A stretch of DNA of 64,000 nt, taken from NCBI RefSeq assembly GCF_006345805.1, contig NC_043013.1:52700001-52764000 (forward strand), read 5' to 3'. Source of the stretch: Octopus sinensis (taxonomy: Eukaryota). Below, one piece after another: positions 1-13,620 of the stretch. Positions within the stretch are counted from its first letter, which is position 1, and every line of letters starts with the position of its first letter. The notes under the pieces are model-generated. The model was given only the letters and a program-made list of their open reading frames with translations, had not been told where the DNA came from and made no database searches. The position numbers were made by a program, and so were the translations under genes.

Positions 1-426
1 ATCCTGAAGTTAAAAGTCGGTGCGCCCATTATGCTCATCAGGAATTTGGTTCCACCTAAACAGTGCAACGGCACACGTTTGGTTGTGAAACATTTGGCAC
101 CACATTTAATAACGGCCACAATACTTACCGGTTGTGGGAAGGGAGAGGACGTCTTCATTCCACGGATGCACCTTCAACCGTCGGGCGCTGACCTACCAAT
201 CCACTTCAGGCGTTCTCAGTTTCCTGTTAAACTCTGCTTCGCAATGTCCATCAATAAATCCCAAGGCCAAACGCTACAAGTCGCTGGGTTACATTTGGGC
301 GAACAGTGCTTCGCCCACGGTCAACTCTACGTGGGCTGTTCACGCGTTGGGAGGCGCAATGATGTTTTCATGTTTTCGCCCAAACGGACAGCTAGGAACA
401 TCGTATATACAGAAGTATTCCAGTGA
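1..426 (+). CDS. C-terminal part of a PIF1-like helicase of an autonomous Helitron (Rep-Hel); the frame is open from base 1
   Basis: The translation ILKLKVGAPIMLIRNL..CNGTRL..RSQFPVKLCFAMSINKSQGQTL..CFAHGQLYVGCSRV..TARNIVYTEVF matches the PIF1 C-terminal motifs typical of Helitrons. A Helitron 3' end follows. Confidence 0.9.
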   Translation: MLKLKVGAPIMLIRNLVPPKQCNGTRLVVKHLAPHLITATILTGCGKGEDVFIPRMHLQPSGADLPIHFRRSQFPVKLCFAMSINKSQGQTLQVAGLHLGEQCFAHGQLYVGCSRVGRRNDVFMFSPKRTARNIVYTEVFQ

Positions 427-548
427 AGACAAGACATTGCAACGTCCACATGCACCTTCGTTCCCTGGAGGGAAAGGACTACATTGGGATTAGTCGTTGC
501 CTACTAGGGGCTCTTACATACCCGGGCAACGCCGGGCTATGCTGCTAG
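1..548 (+). mobile_element. 3' end of a Helitron
   Basis: GC hairpin CCCGG-gcaacg-CCGGG at 521-536, then CTAG at 545-548 followed by T (canonical Helitron 3' terminus), downstream of the PIF1 ORF. Confidence 0.88.
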
Positions 549-786
549 TATATATATATATATATATATATAGCAATCTATATATATAACAATCTATATA
601 TATAACGATGTATATATAGGTGTATGAATGTACATCCATATACATATATATGTATATGAATATGTATATATATATATATCAATGTATATATAGGTATATA
701 AATCTACAAAAATATGCATATATACATATATACATACGTATATATACATATATACACATATACATATATACATATGTATATATGTA

Positions 787-841
<55 letters not shown>

Positions 842-1231
842 GAATGCATGTGTGTGTAAATATATATATATATGTATATGTATATGTATATATATAAATA
901 TATATATATACATATATATGTGTGTGTTTGTTTCTACATATGTTCGATTATGGTTGCCCTAATCCAAGTTTTCACACACATATTTAAATCGGATTTTCAA
1001 CCTCCACCATGAGAGTATGTGTATAACTGCTTTTATTTAATTTCTATCTATGTTACAGCATTTACCATCCCATCCACAAATACGCACGTTCACCTATACA
1101 CAAGAACATGCACCTATACAAATTATAGTTGCACAAATGCACACGTATATGTAGTCACGTATATATGTGTATATGTGCGTGAAAGTATAGAAAATTTTAA
1201 GAGAGACGTAGGTATATCTTGGCAAAATTAC

Positions 1232-1263
<32 letters not shown>

Positions 1264-1317
1264 CAGAAAGACAGTCAGACAGAGAGAGACAGACAGGCAG
1301 AAGATAGATAGATAGAT

Positions 1318-1368
<51 letters not shown>

Positions 1369-1415
1369 TATAGACAGACAGACAGACAGACAGATAGACA
1401 GACAGACACACATAC

Positions 1416-1499
<84 letters not shown>

Positions 1500-1640
1500 G
1501 GATAAATTGATAGATAGATGGATAGGTAGATATTCAGTGAGCGATAGATAGATAGAGAGAAAGAGAGATATATTTAGAAAGAGATTGGTTTAGAGAGGGA
1601 GAGAGAGAGAGAGTGAGAGAGAGAGAGAGAGAGAGAAAGA
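549..1640. repeat. Compound microsatellites (TA)n, (TATG)n, (GATA)n, (GA)n; representative of the dense simple repeats across 1-41 kb
   Basis: Directly visible. These repeats generate most of the YIYI/CVCV/LSIY ORFs in the track. Confidence 0.95.
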
Positions 1641-2570
1641 GTGGGAAGTGCGTAAGATAGATATCTAAGTTTGTGTTAATTTTTTACGTGAGAGATAGCT
1701 TTTTAATACGATCTCGCAAATCGGAATGGATTTTAAGCTAAGCTCTTTCTACATTTCATATTATTTCCTTTATTTCTTCACAGATTAATTTCATTTGTTT
1801 TTTTCTGGTTTTTGGTTCATCGTCTCTCTGTTTGTCTGTCTCTTTCTCTCTCTCTCTCTCTTTCTCTCTCCCTCCCTCTTTCGCCTCCCCCTTTTAAGTT
1901 TATTAGTTTCTTTTCATTCTTTTTTATTCATACCAACAATATATATCTCACGGATTATTCTTTGTATATTACTATCAGCGTTTCTTTACCGCCATTGCTC
2001 GAAGCGAATGTGAGTCGTCTGCTAGACAAAATTCTGGTCATTTGTAGTCCATCATCACCGTAAAACTCCGTTGTTTATCATTTTAAATTTTTCGTTTAAT
2101 TTAGATGTCCCTGTTTACCCTGCAGTAAATAGGTAACGAATGCGTGGCTTTGATTCATTATCACAATCAATATAACTAAAATTACAGCAGATGTATTTAG
2201 CAGAGATGGTAATTTTCAATCTGACGTAATTACTGGTATCTCTTTGCTTATGTATTCTTGAAAGAATCTTGTATAAACTCTTCTATATGGTTTCGACAAT
2301 ACGAATTCTTTCCACAGCGAGAATTTCATATTATTGTGTATGTGGTTACGTATTTCGCAGACATTTATATCGTAAAATTAAACATCAGGGAGAGTTATCA
2401 ATCTCCATATCAATCACTGGCTATTGTCAGCGAAGTGGGCCGCATGTGATACAACTCTTATCGGGTGGCTGGGATTACTAATAAAACAAGGTAATTTCTT
2501 GATAAGTGTGCCATTCAGAGAGTGCTGCGGGCCGCAGTTTGCCTGTGATCGGTTTAGATTAACATTCGCT

Positions 2571-3390
2571 TATGAAGGTCGGCTGAAAAGTTCATTGGTT
2601 GACCAAGATACTCTCATGGAATGAGACCTGATTTACTCACATTCCATGAGAGTAACATAGTCCCCCGTGCAGTCCGCACTTCTATCGGTATAGCAGTGCT
2701 GAGATCGAATTGATGAAAAGCTTTCATCCTTTTGTTCAAAATAGTCATCAACAGCAGGTATGATGTCATCATCACTGTGATACTAGTTCCCTAGCAAGTG
2801 CTTTTCATGTTGGGGAGCAGATGATAGCCAAATTGCGCTAAATCAGGAGGGCAGAGTGGGTGATCAACCAGTTCAAAGTCACTGTCGCGCTCACCAGCCA
2901 TTCAAAGCTAAGGACTTGGGCGCTGGATTGTATGTTGGAGTTTTGTCCTGGTGATACAAGCCCTCTTTTGTCAGCTTTCCTGGGCGTTTAGTATTGATAA
3001 CCTTTCGTATCTGCCTCAGAAAATTGGCATAGCATTCCCCATTGATAGTGTGACCCTTTGGAAGATAGTCAAGAAACACAATGCCGTACACATCCCCCAA
3101 AACTGAGAACATCACCTTCTTGCAGATGAAACTACCTTGGAGTAGGTGAAGAGGGGTGTTTCCACAACATGGATCTTCTTTTTGTCGCTGGATCAAAGTG
3201 ATGAGCGCGTAACACATATCCTGGCTCAGGAAACGTTTAAGGAGGCCAACTGGATTTGCTTCAGATAATGTCACATTTTGCCGTGATATGATCAGCCTGG
3301 TGTGCTTCAGATCAGGTGTCAGAAAATGTGGCACCCACCGGACAGGAAGCTTCGTCACACCAAGTTCAGTGTGCAGAATATTCTCAACTC

Positions 3391-3425
<35 letters not shown>

Positions 3426-3729
3426 ATGCTAATAGAATTGGCAATTTGTTTTATAGTCAATCATTTGTCAGCCATCACTATGTAATCAATGTTTTCCTTG
3501 GTGGTGTCAATTCCAGGACTTCCAGACCTTTTGTCATCACCAAACCACACCCTTTCCCTCCTAAATCCAGCTGCTCACTTTTGTACTGTTGATAAAGTTA
3601 GGGAATCATCCTCTAATGTAGCACCTATGTCAGCATGAATGGACTTGGGTGCTAAACTCTTTTTCTACAGCTAATTGATAACACAACGCCGCCAAATTTT
3701 GTCAATTTTTTCAAGATAGGTCATTACTA
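2571..3729 (-). mobile_element. Degenerate mariner transposase remnant
   Basis: The ORF at 2891-3460 has ILHTELGVTKLPVRWVPHFLT and KVMFSVLGDVYGIVFLDYLPKGHTINGECY..LYHQD. Another frame downstream gives HPLCPPDLAQFGYHLLPNMKKHL (a YSPDLAP-like motif). There are frameshifts and a (GA)n insertion, and the ends are approximate. Confidence 0.8.
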
Positions 3730-3830
3730 TTATTATTCAGATCGCTGCTTGGAATCGAACTCGGAATCTTGGGGTTAGTAGCCTGTGCTCTTAACCACAA
3801 CTCTTATTCGAGTTCGAATCCAAGGAGTGA

Positions 3831-3900
<70 letters not shown>

Positions 3901-4046
3901 CTCGGAAAATACCTTAGCAATGAGAACCCAGGTTCGAAATTTCCCCAAGACACCTGATGAAGGCTGGAGGGTATATCAGCCGAAACGTTGTTAACAACAA
4001 ACAAGATGAGAACAAATATCCGTCAAATGTAAATAATGTAAATAAA
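3730..4046 (+). mobile_element. Short non-autonomous element: inverted tRNA-like head + (AAT)n + Penelope pLTR-like tail with a minimal hammerhead motif, inserted in the mariner remnant
   Basis: Flanked by the direct repeat GTCATTACTA (3720-3729 and 4047-4056). The minus strand at 3738-3798 reads GTGGTTAAGAGC..GAGTTCGATTCC (A/B boxes). CTGATGA at 3954-3960, stem GGCTG/CAGCC, GAAAC at 3982-3986. Confidence 0.65.
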
Positions 4047-4206
4047 GTCATTACTAGTTCGTTTGAATTCTTCTTTGAACAGTCAGAAATCAGTTATTAA
4101 TTGAGAGAGTTGAAATTAATGCCTGCAAGATTTCACAGTTCTAGCATCATCCGTTCATAATCAACCCAGGAACATTTCGGCCCTATTTTTGCGTGTGTGT
4201 TCTGTG

Positions 4207-4512
4207 TGTGGATTTGGTGGACGGAAACTGAAAGAAGCGTATCGTATGTACTTATCGACATATATGCGTGTGTGTCTATGTGTGTGTGTCTATGTGTGTG
4301 TGTCTGTGTTTGACTACCCCCACCATCACCGCTTGACAACCGGTGCTGGTGTATCTACGTCCCCGTAACTTAGCAATTCATCAAAAGAGAACGATAGAAT
4401 AAGTACCAGGTTTTAAAAAAATAAGTTTTGGGCACGATTTCTTCGACTAGAACCTTCCAAGGATGCCCCAGCACGGCCGTAGTCAAACGATTGAGACAAG
4501 TAAAAGAAAAGT
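4207..4512 (+). mobile_element. 5'-truncated tRNA-derived SINE (family 1)
   Basis: Shares GTGGATTTGGT.GACGGAAACTGAAAGAAG..GATAGAATAAGTAC..CCAGCA.GGCCG.AG with the full copies at 14160, 16816 and 28205. Confidence 0.8.
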
Positions 4513-4535
4513 GACAGAATATCTATCCACCTATC

Positions 4536-4652
<117 letters not shown>

Positions 4653-6194
4653 TATGGTATTTGCAATGGGAGGTCATCCCTCTCTCGTCAACCTAAGTGA
4701 TGCGCACGGACTGCAGTTTCTAGGTATTTGCCTGTCTTCAGCGTACGGCAATAACCGGTTTTCGATGAAGGGAGTCAGTTTGCAAATCGGTGTGGTGTCA
4801 ATAATATAATTTATAAATGTACTATAACAACTTCGAATAGTAAATCTTTTTATTTAGGCTGTACGATAAATTTTAAGCAAAGAATTAGCAATCATCTTTT
4901 AAGTTAGATCATAAAGCTGGTTACACCACACTTTCCAGTAAAATTTGGGAGCTCAAAACTAATAATATTAAATATAACCTAAAATGGGAAATAGTTAGAA
5001 AAGCAGTACCTTACAGAAATAAGAGGGTGGGTTGTCAGCTCTGTTCCATATGAGATTCTAAAGCATAGAAGAGATAAAAATCTACTAAATAACCGTATAG
5101 AATTAGGTCTCTCACACTCTTGTATTCACTCAAAAATCAAAACTCTAAAATATTTTAAATAGAAATAAATAGAAATTTATAGGTTCTCCCACTGGTGTTC
5201 TTTCTAACTGTACCTTTTTAATATAAAAAATAAATAGTATTTGTACTATGCTAACTTTTAATTGACTTTATAGTCAATTTACTTAAATCATATAAATTGC
5301 TAAACTTTCTTAATTCTATTCTAAATTTAATATGTAATACTATTCTCTTAAGGATACGTTTAATTTCGACTATATTTTTGAATAAGTAAAATTCCCTACT
5401 AATTGCTATTGAATTTATTTGACCTCTAGATGTCGACCTAAATTCTTTCTTACAATATATAAACAAAAGTTAGAATAGAAACAATAATAAATAAATAGCC
5501 CTCTTTTCTAGTCTTATCCTTAACTTTCTTACTGTATCTTCCTCTACTGATAACCTATGACCCCTTTAATGCTTTCCTTTGATCTCTCTGTGTTCTTTAC
5601 CCCACCATTAACTCTGTGAGGCTCTAAGTTCAGAGCCGGTGGTGTTCAAACTTACCGTTCTTTTATAAATTCAAGATTCCTTCAAAATTGACCTAGATTT
5701 TCTGTCACCACAGAAACAGACTAATCTTTGTCTGTGGCACCCTTATTCCCTCTTACTCCCCCACTCCTTTCCTCCCATAATGTCCTTTATTTGGCTAAAC
5801 CTACCTCGCTATATTTCTTACTACTACTAAATTCTGTCTGCAACAGTTAGATGTGAATTGAACCAGTGTGTTAACAACACCTTTCCTCATGTTTCCTAGA
5901 ATTTATATCAACACCTTTATGGTTGGATTTACCTTCTCTGAGAAGTTAATAATCATAAAATTTTTTTTTTTAAACTGTGCATTGTTGGAAAACATATAAA
6001 GTCTGCTTATTACCTTAATTCAAATTCATAGAACTCACTCTGAATACTTCATAAGGATATTTACACTCTCTGTGATTTAGCTGATGAATACTTGACATTA
6101 TATTTGCTGTAATATTTGCAGCTTTAAATAAAATGTTCTTAGTATGAAACAATTGTACTAAATTACTGATCCATTCTTGTTACTTTTTCTTGGT

Positions 6195-6226
<32 letters not shown>

Positions 6227-6260
6227 ATATATATATCTATATATATATATATATTAGTAT

Positions 6261-6408
6261 TACTGAGTTACGTCCCTTCAGCTTAATTGCTGAGTTGTAT
6301 TTCATGCCTTGCGAGAAAGCAGAAACAGCTGCCTGCTAGAACTATGAGGTTCGACATAATCGATTAAAACATTTCTCGTGAATAGTGTTCCAGCATGGCC
6401 GCAATCTC
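6261..6408 (+). repeat. ~150-bp dispersed repeat, copy 1 (copy 2 at ~8007-8149), ending in the SINE-like motif CCAGCATGGCCGCA
   Basis: TACTGAGTTAC..AAAGCAGAAACAGCTGCCTG..CGATTAAAACATTTCTCGTGAATAGTGTTCCAGCATGGCCGCA is present at both sites. Confidence 0.75.
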
Positions 6409-6611
6409 TTTCAATCCTCACTCGCAGTTTATTTCTGTCTATCTGCCTTTCTTTCCTTCTTTCTTTTTGTCTGTTCATATATATGTATGTATATATGCAT
6501 AAATATACACATAGATGTATGTACATACGTGTATACATATGTACACATATATATATATATGTTATGGATTATATATATGTATATGTATATATAGATATGC
6601 ATATATATATA

Positions 6612-6648
<37 letters not shown>

Positions 6649-7486
6649 CATATATCTCTTTGTATGTGTGTTTGTGTGTATATATATATGTGTGTGTGTG
6701 TGTGGATGTGTGTGTGTGTGCAAACACAAGCACACACACACACACGCACAAGGGGTTGCTCCAATTTTGCATATCGTAATACCGAACAATTGAGCAATTC
6801 ACTCGTTTGCATAACCGTTCAAAAGATCGAAGCGTTTATTGCCAAATCTCTACGAAATCGATGCAATAATTGCATAAGATATATTTTTCTCCGATACTGA
6901 GTGAAAAAATATTGTCGATTCTGTATATTTGAATTGAATTCAATAAACTCTTTCTGAGAGATTCTGCATCCAAAATGAGTTAAATGGTCGTGACCAATTC
7001 TTTATGATTACAAATAACTGACGCCAAAAGAGTTAGAAGTATTAGAATTATTCTTGTCATCTCAATTGTCGCAGTTCAGAATCCAGTTTAATACTATCAT
7101 ATTTTGAATTATTTTGAATAATTAATTTCTTTGAATAAATGAATTGTTATTCTTAATCTAATTTCCAAAATTATAGTTTTGAATCATAAAATTAATGGCA
7201 GATATTTAAATGTTTCATTATATTCTTGTTATTAAAGTCTGAAGATGGTGAATTGTCAGAAATGTTAAACATTCTTATACAACACTTTGCTATTCTCGCG
7301 GTATTTCTTTCGTCAGAGTTCAAATTTCACTAACGTCACCCTTAACTCTCACGCATTGACAATCGGTAAAGAAAGTAGTAGACCTCTATTGCATTCCTCT
7401 CCCCACGCCCACTTTCTTTGTATAATTTTTTCTTTCTTTCTTTCGTTAGTTCGTTCATTCATTCTTTTTCTCTTTCTTTTGTTCTT

Positions 7487-7534
<48 letters not shown>

Positions 7535-7780
7535 CCATCTCTTGCCATCTCTCTCTCTCTTTTAATCTTTCACTGTCTCTCTCTGGCTCTCTCTCTCTCT
7601 TACTTTCTCTTTCACATTCTCTCTGAATCTTTCTCTCTCAATTCTCTCTCGCAGTCTCTTTCTATTTGTCACCTCTCTTTCTTTCTTTCCATCTAACTTT
7701 CTTTCCGTCTGTCTGTCTTTCTTTCTTTCTCTCTCGCTCTCTCACTCACTCTCTCTCTCTCTCTGTATAGATATGTATCA

Positions 7781-7869
<89 letters not shown>

Positions 7870-8466
7870 AAATGAGTATTTCTACGACGGACCGCCGGCG
7901 ATCCGTCCAGCGGGGGAATATATACACCACAGAATCCAAGAACCAGTTCTATAAGACTATGGCTCAGGAAGATCCTTCAGCCTTACGCTCTGTAGTATTT
8001 ATGTCCTACTGAGTTACCTCCCTTCAGCCTCACTGTTGCATTGTATTTCGTGCCTTACGACAAAGCAGAAACAGCTGCCTGTTAGAGCTATGAGGCTCGA
8101 CATGATCGATTAAAACATTTCTCGTGAATAGTGTTCCAGCATGGCCGCAAACTGCTGACTCACACAAGAAACAAAATGAACGAAACAGAGCATGTGACTA
8201 ATTAATTTACATAACTTACTTTTGAGCCTTTCATTCAGAAGTCTCTATGCTGGATAAAATACTGCTGAATCGTTCAGTTCGATTTAATTGATCGTACCCC
8301 TTCCTCCCAGCGTTTCAGGTACAGTCACGGATTAGCAAAAGAAGATAATCGATCATGTTTATTGATATGTTTTTTGTTTTGTTTTTCTAGCGTGAGTGAC
8401 TAGAAAACTTGATAGAATTAGGCCTGTAGCTTCAAATTACGTGTTGCAAATAGGGAAAATATGTAT

Positions 8467-8529
<63 letters not shown>

Positions 8530-8851
8530 AACATACATACACACATACATACACACATACATACACACGCACACACCTACATACATACAAACATACACAC
8601 ATACATACACACACACACACACACACATACATACATACATACATACATACATACATACATACATACATACATACATACATACATACATACATACATACAT
8701 ACACATGTATACATACAATGCAAAATCAGGTAGTGGCTCTCCTGGCATTTCATCTTAACTAACAGGAATTGTTATCATGTATATGTTTTGTCTTGGTATA
8801 AAAGATGGGCTACAGCAAATATTCTGCTCAATACCACAGATTTACTTGTCA

Positions 8852-9243
8852 GTTGTTTGACCTTAACCAGTTGAGCATGTCCCTTAGTGTCTGACAATAT
8901 GTGCATTTCTAATCACGAGCAGAAGTAGTGGGGGAGCATCATAGCCATGTGTTGAGAGGGATTCTTTGGGATTTGAATAACTCACCTCTGGAAACATGAG
9001 TCTTTTGTTCATCATCCTTAAACAGACCTTATTCAGAGACCTTTTCAGCGGGATGGGCTATTCAGCATGAAAAAGTTCTAACTGGGCCCCGCTCGGAAGG
9101 TCATGCGTTGTTTATCTTGATATAAGATCACCACGTCGCGCACATATGGTTGTGATGCATGTTCCTGGTGTACCCTTATCAAATGAGTAGTCATGATGGG
9201 TATATTGGGCTTCGTATATTTTACCCCAGTGTCACTTTGATGG
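8852..9243 (+). repeat. ~400-bp dispersed repeat, probably a non-LTR element 3' UTR (second copy at 35467-35879)
   Basis: High-similarity match starting at GTTGTTTGACCTTAACCAGTTGAGCATGTCCC and ending at CCCCAGTGTCACTTTGATGG. The second copy is embedded in (TAA)n. Confidence 0.75.
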
Positions 9244-9250
9244 TAAGCGC

Positions 9251-9340
<90 letters not shown>

Positions 9341-10827
9341 ATCACAAAATTAAGTCTCAATACTTAAAAATGTCAAGGCGGTAAACTACCAGAATTGATA
9401 GTGCGTCGAGGAATATGTTCAGCAACATTTCTTCTGTTTCTACGATGTGTGTTCTAATTCCACAGAGATCGCCATTTCCTTTCATTCTTTTGTGGCCAAT
9501 AAAATAAGGAGCAATTGAGGACTGGAGTCGACGAAATCGACTTACCCACTTCTCAAATTGATAGCCTTGTACCAATATTTTTAACGAACGAACTTTACAC
9601 TTAGGTGTGAAATCTTAGAATTGGTTATAATTTCTCACGTTTTTATTTCACAGTTTAGGTTTAACTGTGCACTCTTAGTGAACGTTTTATTAGGCAGTGA
9701 GGTTTCTTTGCGAGTCTACAGCTCATTGCTAACTGCAGATGAAACACGGGTAAGAATCCAACTAGTTTTTAACAAACTGATTTGCTTTAATTTCTAAATT
9801 GTTATTTCCATAAAATCCAGTTGTAAAACAAATGTAAACATATCTTTACAGTTTAGTTTCAACTAGTTTTCTTATTCGTAAAACTCCATAAATATCGCTT
9901 TATATAGATATTTAAAGTTTTCACTCGAACCTTTATTATAATGAAATATATTCACAAAAATTCTTAACCGTTAGTTTTGATTATAAACCGTTAGAAAGAA
10001 AATTGATGGAGTGAATAAAATCACCATTTGTTAGCAGTCTTTAGACACTTCAGAAGTGAAAGATGTAAATGTATTATTCGCATATCGGATCATTTTAACC
10101 GATTTATCGACAAAAAGCGACATACATCTGTCCTGCTTGACTGGTGCTAAATGGCGAACGTCACGTGATATTTCACCACCACATAATCTGCTCAACACGA
10201 CCTCACTGTTGATTATTGTAATTTAGACAATTCCTTCCTACATCTAGTAAATCACGTGACACCAGCCAGTTGGCACCATCAAAGCGGAAAGAGGTGTGTA
10301 ACATTATCCGATCAATTGATTGAAAAGAATCGATATCATATGTTTTACACGTTCCCATATTGAAACATATATACACTATCTTTCGCAATAGCCATTTCAT
10401 TGACTCTCGCAATATTTTTTTGTGTTTTCCGTTGTTTTTCCTTTCAGTTATCTCACTTTTGATCGATCTTCCGTCAATCTCGACTATGCACAATCATTTG
10501 TTCGATCACTTAAAGGTTTGAACCGGTTAAAACTAATGTACAAGTTGACTTAATTTTCCACAAACACAAAATTTATCTTAAACATAATTTCTTAATTTAA
10601 CCAACGTCACACAACAAATGGTAAACGTTCAACCGTGGAATTACGAGAATAATCCACTCTGCAAGCTTCCCCACACTTTCCATCTCCCCAATTTCACAAG
10701 AAAGGCTTATGCTAAATCTGGGATAGGGTGAAGAAGTGTCTACAAGATGCCATGCCGAAAATGCGGACTTAGGATTTCCTGATTGCGAAGCAAACTCCTT
10801 GAATACACAGACATGCTAATGTCTTTT

Positions 10828-10860
<33 letters not shown>

Positions 10861-10865
<5 letters not shown>

Positions 10866-11124
10866 ATTAGATATGTACATATATACACAAGGGTACTACA
10901 AGAGTACCTACATCGCTAATGATAGAAGTCAAAAAAATACTTCTGTACCACCGAATAGTCGCAAATCTACTACAGACAAGATAGGAAAACAATAATAATG
11001 TCTTTGCTTTTCGAATACATAGCTCTTGTTCAAATGGGTCAGAACAAGTAAATGCTGTACTATCATTAGCGATATAGGTACTCATGTAGTACCCTTGTGT
11101 ATATAAGTACATATCTAATATTGT
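10861..11124. mobile_element. MITE-like element with ~65-bp terminal inverted repeats
   Basis: 10861-10925 (ACAATATTAGATATGTAC..CATCGCTAATGATAG) is the near-perfect reverse complement of 11060-11124; it sits in TA context. Confidence 0.7.
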
Positions 11125-11200
11125 ATGTATATATATTATTAATTTGCCTGTACGGCTGATAATTCGCTTACCACTTGTGATGGTATTTCAATAATCCCAT

Positions 11201-11238
<38 letters not shown>

Positions 11239-11242
11239 CACA

Positions 11243-11334
11243 CAACTATGAGAGAGAATCCACTATGTGGACGCTCTTACGCTAGATATAGATCTGCAAA
11301 GAGCGTCCACATAGTGGATTCTCTCTCATAGTTG
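11243..11334. repeat. Perfect 36-bp inverted repeat with a 20-nt spacer
   Basis: CAACTATGAGAGAGAATCCACTATGTGGACGCTCTT (11243-11278) and its exact reverse complement (11299-11334). Confidence 0.9.
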
Positions 11335-11439
11335 CGTATTAATAATATTTACTAAATCTCAGTCTTTTATACGCTAGGCCACTGGTGTTTAAATTGATGT
11401 TATTAAATTAATATCCAATTTTTTCACCCTCATTTTGAC

Positions 11440-11483
<44 letters not shown>

Positions 11484-11702
11484 ATAATTGGTAGAAAGAA
11501 TCGATGAAAAAAATTGTAGTGGAAAAATAGAAAAGGATGCAAAATCGACAAATATTCTTGTTGTCCTATGTATATATTATGAAATAAGAAATTTACACAG
11601 TTGAGCGGTTTCGCTTGTTCTTATCATGACTATGAAGTTACTGATAATGTTATAAGTTCATGCTATCATAAGAAATGTTCATTCCATGTTGGTTTGGAGA
11701 AA

Positions 11703-11749
<47 letters not shown>

Positions 11750-11999
11750 TACGTGTGTGTATATGTGTGCGTGTCTATGTATGCCTGTATTGCTAGAAGT
11801 AAGAGATAAAATGCTTTAATGCTGAAATCAAAGTATATACTTGTATGGACTGTAATCGTCGGAAAACACTGATCGTGATTTCTTTGTATTGACATCAGTT
11901 TCGGTCATTTCCGTTGCCTCTTCAGTGCGGTCTTGTTCGACTTCGGTAGATTTCAGACTTAACTCTCTATTGGTATATATGTTTTCATCATAAATTTTA

Positions 12000-12810
12000 T
12001 ATATACACAGTAGCGATTCGCTAAATCATCCATGGGGATCGTTACCAAAAGCAGTGGCACGCTCCGGCGTGTATATAACTTTCGCTTCCAATGTTTTCTA
12101 ATAAGCCCTTCAAAGATTTTTTCAGGTGTATAGTACAGCGTATTTCCTCACTTTAACTCCAGGGAAGAAACTCTTAAGTTTTGGGGTCTTTCCCAGTAAC
12201 TTATCTGCTTCATTGTAACGATCTTTATGTAGTTTCATTAGATTGCTTCGATTTCTGTCATTAGTATTTTACAATATACGGTGACCAACCTCAGGCCACC
12301 GCTTATCTTTTGACAGTGGACGAAACGGCTTTGGAGAAATGTCCTTCATTGAACCATCAAAGTTTCTTGCTTTCTTGTTCTGGAGGTTTGTTGACTGTAA
12401 ATGGCCATCCACCTGTTTTCTTGCCAACTTAGTAATAAACCTTTGAAAGATGCATCGTTATTTGTGCCAGGGCTGATTATGATTTTGGGTCTGGGTCTAT
12501 ATTTCTTTGGACAGGATGCCCAGTGTTCTTTGCGTACATCACATTTAATATCGTCCCCTGATAGCGTTGGGCTTCGAATTTTTCATTATTGAACTGCATG
12601 TTGTTGTCCACAACCCTCTTGTGTACTGTATCTAACTCTGGTTGCAGGTGTGTGGCAGCTCCAGGGTTCTGTATCACGGTTGAGACTTTTGTATCATCTC
12701 CATAGCCTGTAAATTCACTATCTGTATGGTTGAAGGCATGTTCGAAAGGGTCACCGTAAACAAAAGTAATCCCATGGCAGTGCCCTGAAGGACTCACTTT
12801 AACATTTGTG
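12000..12810 (-). mobile_element. Degenerate CR1/L2-group LINE RT fragment
   Basis: The ORF at 12477-12797 has GYGDDTKV..LQPELDTVHKRVVDNNMQFNNEKF (YADDTK-like RT motif and the LQxDL/MxFNxxK motifs). The frame downstream is broken. Confidence 0.65.
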
Positions 12811-12884
12811 TTTTCTTAGAGAGGTGGCCCCGTTAGTTGTATACACACGCAAACACACACACAGGCACGCACACACACACACAC

Positions 12885-12929
<45 letters not shown>

Positions 12930-13082
12930 ATTTGTATTTATGTATATAGCACGAAAATGCTCCAGGAGAAATAATTTAGCGTGCCCAGTGCTATGTATTC
13001 GAAAAGCAAAGACTAATAAGAGTATAGTGGTTTAGCTATACTATAAGAATATACTACAAGGCTATCATGTTCATGGGAGGTG

Positions 13083-13620
13083 GGCAGTCGATTACACCGA
13101 CCCCGGTGCTCAACTGGTTCTTTATTTCATCGACCCTTAAAGGATCAAAGGCAAAGTCGATCTCAGCGGAATTTGAACTCAGAACGTAAAGACGGACGAA
13201 ATGCTGCTAAGCCTCTTGCCGAGCGCGGTTCTTTTCTACTCTAGGCACAGGGCCCCGTAAATTTTGGGGAAAGAGGCCAGTCGATTAGATCGACCCTAGT
13301 AAGCAAGTGGTACTTAATTTATCGACCCCAAAGGATAAAAAGCAAAGTCGACGTCGGCGGAATTTGAACTCAGGACGTAGCGGCAGACGAAATACCTATT
13401 TCTTTACCACCCACAAGGGGCTAAACACAGAGAGGACAAACAAGGACAGACAAACGGATTAAGTTGATTATATCGACCCCAGTGCGTAACTGGTACTTAT
13501 TTAATCGACCCCGAAAGGATAAAAGTCAAAGTAGACCTCGGCGGAATTTGAACGTTCGGCAGACGAAATACCGCTATGCATTTCGCCGGGCGTGCTAACG
13601 TTTTCTACCAGCTCGCTGCC
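13083..13620 (-). mobile_element. Cluster of nested or adjacent tRNA-SINE family 2 copies
   Basis: Repeated TCGACCCC..AAAGGAT.AAAGGCAAAGTCGACCTCGGCGGAATTTGAACTCAGAAC motifs; the reverse complement contains the B box GAGTTCAAATTCC. The 3' tail is at 13399-13440. Confidence 0.85.

Noticed and set aside
4850-6050. Very old CR1/L2-like fragment on the minus strand
   Set aside because: There are only faint motif echoes in very AT-rich sequence, so I cannot support it by eye.
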